DNA of 64,000 bases from an uncultured Clostridia bacterium (GTDB lineage: Bacteria > Bacillota > Clostridia > Christensenellales > Borkfalkiaceae): positions 10,073 through 74,072 of the forward strand of contig CAJFFD010000006.1 in the NCBI GenBank assembly GCA_904373255.1. Direction: 5' to 3'. How positions within the stretch are numbered: position 1 is the first letter of the stretch; the number at the start of each line of letters is the position of its first letter. Under the pieces are notes generated by a model. It saw only the letters and a program-made list of their open reading frames with translations. It was not told the DNA's origin and did no database searches. Position numbers and translations under genes: made by a program. Positions 62,409 to 64,000 of this stretch are shown one piece after another.

Positions 62409-63080
62409 TTGATCACCGTAGTGGAAATTAAAAACGACGAAGAAGTAAAAGTCATCATGTCCATTGCCGAGAGCCAGATCGAGGCGTTGGGATTTACCGA
62501 ACATTCCGTGCGGCATTCGAGCATTGTCAGCAAATGGGCGGGTGAAATTCTGGATTCGATCGGAGCGGAACAGAGGCGCGTAGAGCTTGCGCAGATCGCG
62601 GGATATTTGCATGACATCGGCAACAGCGTCAACCGCGAAGACCACGCGCAGAGCGGCGCGCTGCTCGCTTATAATATTCTGACGCGTATGGGAATGCCGT
62701 ATAAAGAGGCTGCAGAAATCATGATGGCGATCGGCAATCATGACGAACAGCAAGGTCTCCCCGTCAGCGATATTACCGCGGCGCTCATTATTGCGGATAA
62801 GGCAGACGTTCACAAAAGCAGAGTTCGCACGAATATAACGCGGATGAGTATGGGAAATCTGAATATTCATGACCGCGTCAATCTGGCGGCGGAAAAGTCG
62901 TTCGTTCACGTTGACGAAAAGACAAACGAGATTATTTTGAATATAACGATCAATACGGACTTGTGTCCCGTCATGGATTATTTTGAGATCTACTTTAAGC
63001 GGATGCAGCTTTGCCGCCGCGCTGCAGATTTTTTGGATCGGAAATTCGGACTCATGATCAATAATGTCCGGTTGCTGTGA
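62409..63080 (+). CDS. HD-domain phosphohydrolase
   Basis: TEHSVRH, YLHDIGN, GNHDE, IADKADVH; TTG start after GAGGAG. Confidence 0.9.
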   Translation: MITVVEIKNDEEVKVIMSIAESQIEALGFTEHSVRHSSIVSKWAGEILDSIGAEQRRVELAQIAGYLHDIGNSVNREDHAQSGALLAYNILTRMGMPYKEAAEIMMAIGNHDEQQGLPVSDITAALIIADKADVHKSRVRTNITRMSMGNLNIHDRVNLAAEKSFVHVDEKTNEIILNITINTDLCPVMDYFEIYFKRMQLCRRAADFLDRKFGLMINNVRLL

Positions 63081-63180
63081 GGAGAGGAACGGATGGCGCA
63101 GTCAAAAAATTTTTGTTTGAAACCGTGACCCACATAGTATGCTGCGTCGAATTTTTGCCCGTCAGGTTATTTTGAAGTGT

Positions 63181-63221
63181 ATAAAAACCCCGGTGTTTAT
63201 TGAAGCGTCGGGGTTTTTTAT
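63181..63221. terminator. Terminator-like hairpin after the HD gene
   Basis: ATAAAAACCCCG...CGGGGTTTTTTAT. Confidence 0.7.
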
Positions 63222-63462
63222 AAGGTCAGCACTTTTTTCTATAGACGAGCGTAGAATTTTAAAGTTGCCGAACGTATGCGGGCGGGCTGCCTGAGTTTAA
63301 CGGGCAAATCGGTAAAACAGATGTGATTGAATTGACTTTATCAGGCGTTTACGCTAAAATAATAAAGATCACAGAAAAACGCAAAAATTTGGCAGGAATG
63401 TGCTTCTTCGGGAGCTTGGTATCGTTCGGCGGGGTAGTTGAGGAAGTTACTCGGTTCGAAGC

Positions 63463-63497
63463 AAAAAGAAAACCCGACCACAAATACTGTGGTCGGG
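63463..63497 (-). terminator. Minus-strand terminator downstream of the tRNA 3' fragment
   Basis: CCCGACCACA/TGTGGTCGGG stem; on the minus strand followed by TTTTCTTTTT. Confidence 0.75.
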
Positions 63498-63503
63498 AAC
63501 CTG

Positions 63504-63522
63504 TGGCAGGGGAGACGCGATT
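63504..63522 (-). other. Displaced tRNA 3' fragment (probably tRNA-Trp); candidate att core
   Basis: Minus strand AAT-CGCGT-CTCCCCT-G-CCA fits T-loop end, T-stem, acceptor strand, discriminator and CCA; no 5' tRNA half upstream. Confidence 0.65.
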
Positions 63523-64000
63523 ATCTCGAAAGTATAAAATTTCATAAAAAACGGTAAAAAAGCCTAAAATATGCGTAGATTTTGCATATTTTAGGCTAAA
63601 ATTTTTTGATTTTTAGAAAATTTAGGGCAACTTTTAGGGCAATATAAATTCGTCCTTACCAAGGAAAAGGTCTATTTTTGAAAGAGAATAACTCTACAAT
63701 TTAGATAAAGAAATAACCGCTATATGTTGTGGGTTTTATAAAAAAATTTTGCATTCCATACAATTACTAAAAAACTGCAAACATATTTTTCTGAAATAGT
63801 ATGCAATTGTTTGCAATTTATAGAGAAAGGGATAGGTTTAGATAGAAATAGAAAGTGTTGGATGTGTTGTAATAATATAAGATTAAAAATCGAACAGAAA
63901 CGCAAAGAATTTTAAGTCTGAATATAACCCCTGTTTTAAGCAAATATAGGCTAAAACAAGGGATTTTCAATGCCAAAACGCCATTATCCCACGAGAAAAA
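63504..64000. mobile_element. Probable left edge of a tRNA-integrated element
   Basis: Abrupt AT-rich shift; 14-bp inverted repeat 63561-63597; TTTAGGGCAA direct repeats at 63621 and 63633; no integrase inside the window. Confidence 0.55.

Noticed and set aside
63093-63905. Short ORFs (MAQSKNFCLKP at about 63093, 63323-63547, 63720-63905)
   Set aside because: No recognisable motifs; one crosses the terminator and att-like site

Overview
Core-genome window from a GC-rich, gut-type Clostridia-like (Bacillota) chromosome; the taxonomy is inferred from gene order and the large SRP RNA. It carries the distal F1Fo ATP synthase operon (atpF'HAGDC), lepA, hemW, guaB-guaA, a HelD-like ATPase, a 1891-aa DUF4011 helicase directly upstream of comEA-like/comEC/holA, cdaA, aspartate kinase, SRP RNA, an ABC exporter pair, pyk, RNase P RNA, tmcAL, rpmF, copA, uvrC, hprK, murB, whiA, an HPr-like gene, dnaE, pfkA and a pfkB-family kinase. 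No CRISPR array, rRNA, complete tRNA or transposase was seen. The most notable signals are: (1) a nitrilase-family amidase next to a second, glutaminase-less GMP synthetase; (2) a displaced tRNA 3' end with integrase-type arm repeats at a sharp AT-rich boundary (about 63500), likely the edge of an integrated element; (3) a 59-aa, 10-Cys ORF divergent from an ArsR/SmtB gene beside copA; (4) four short internal deletions (a GNAT gene, two in one ABC gene, and RNase P RNA) that may be assembly artefacts; (5) several domain-stripped proteins (delta subunit, ComEA, ComEC, CdaR, HPr). All family assignments come from motif recognition by eye, not database searches.
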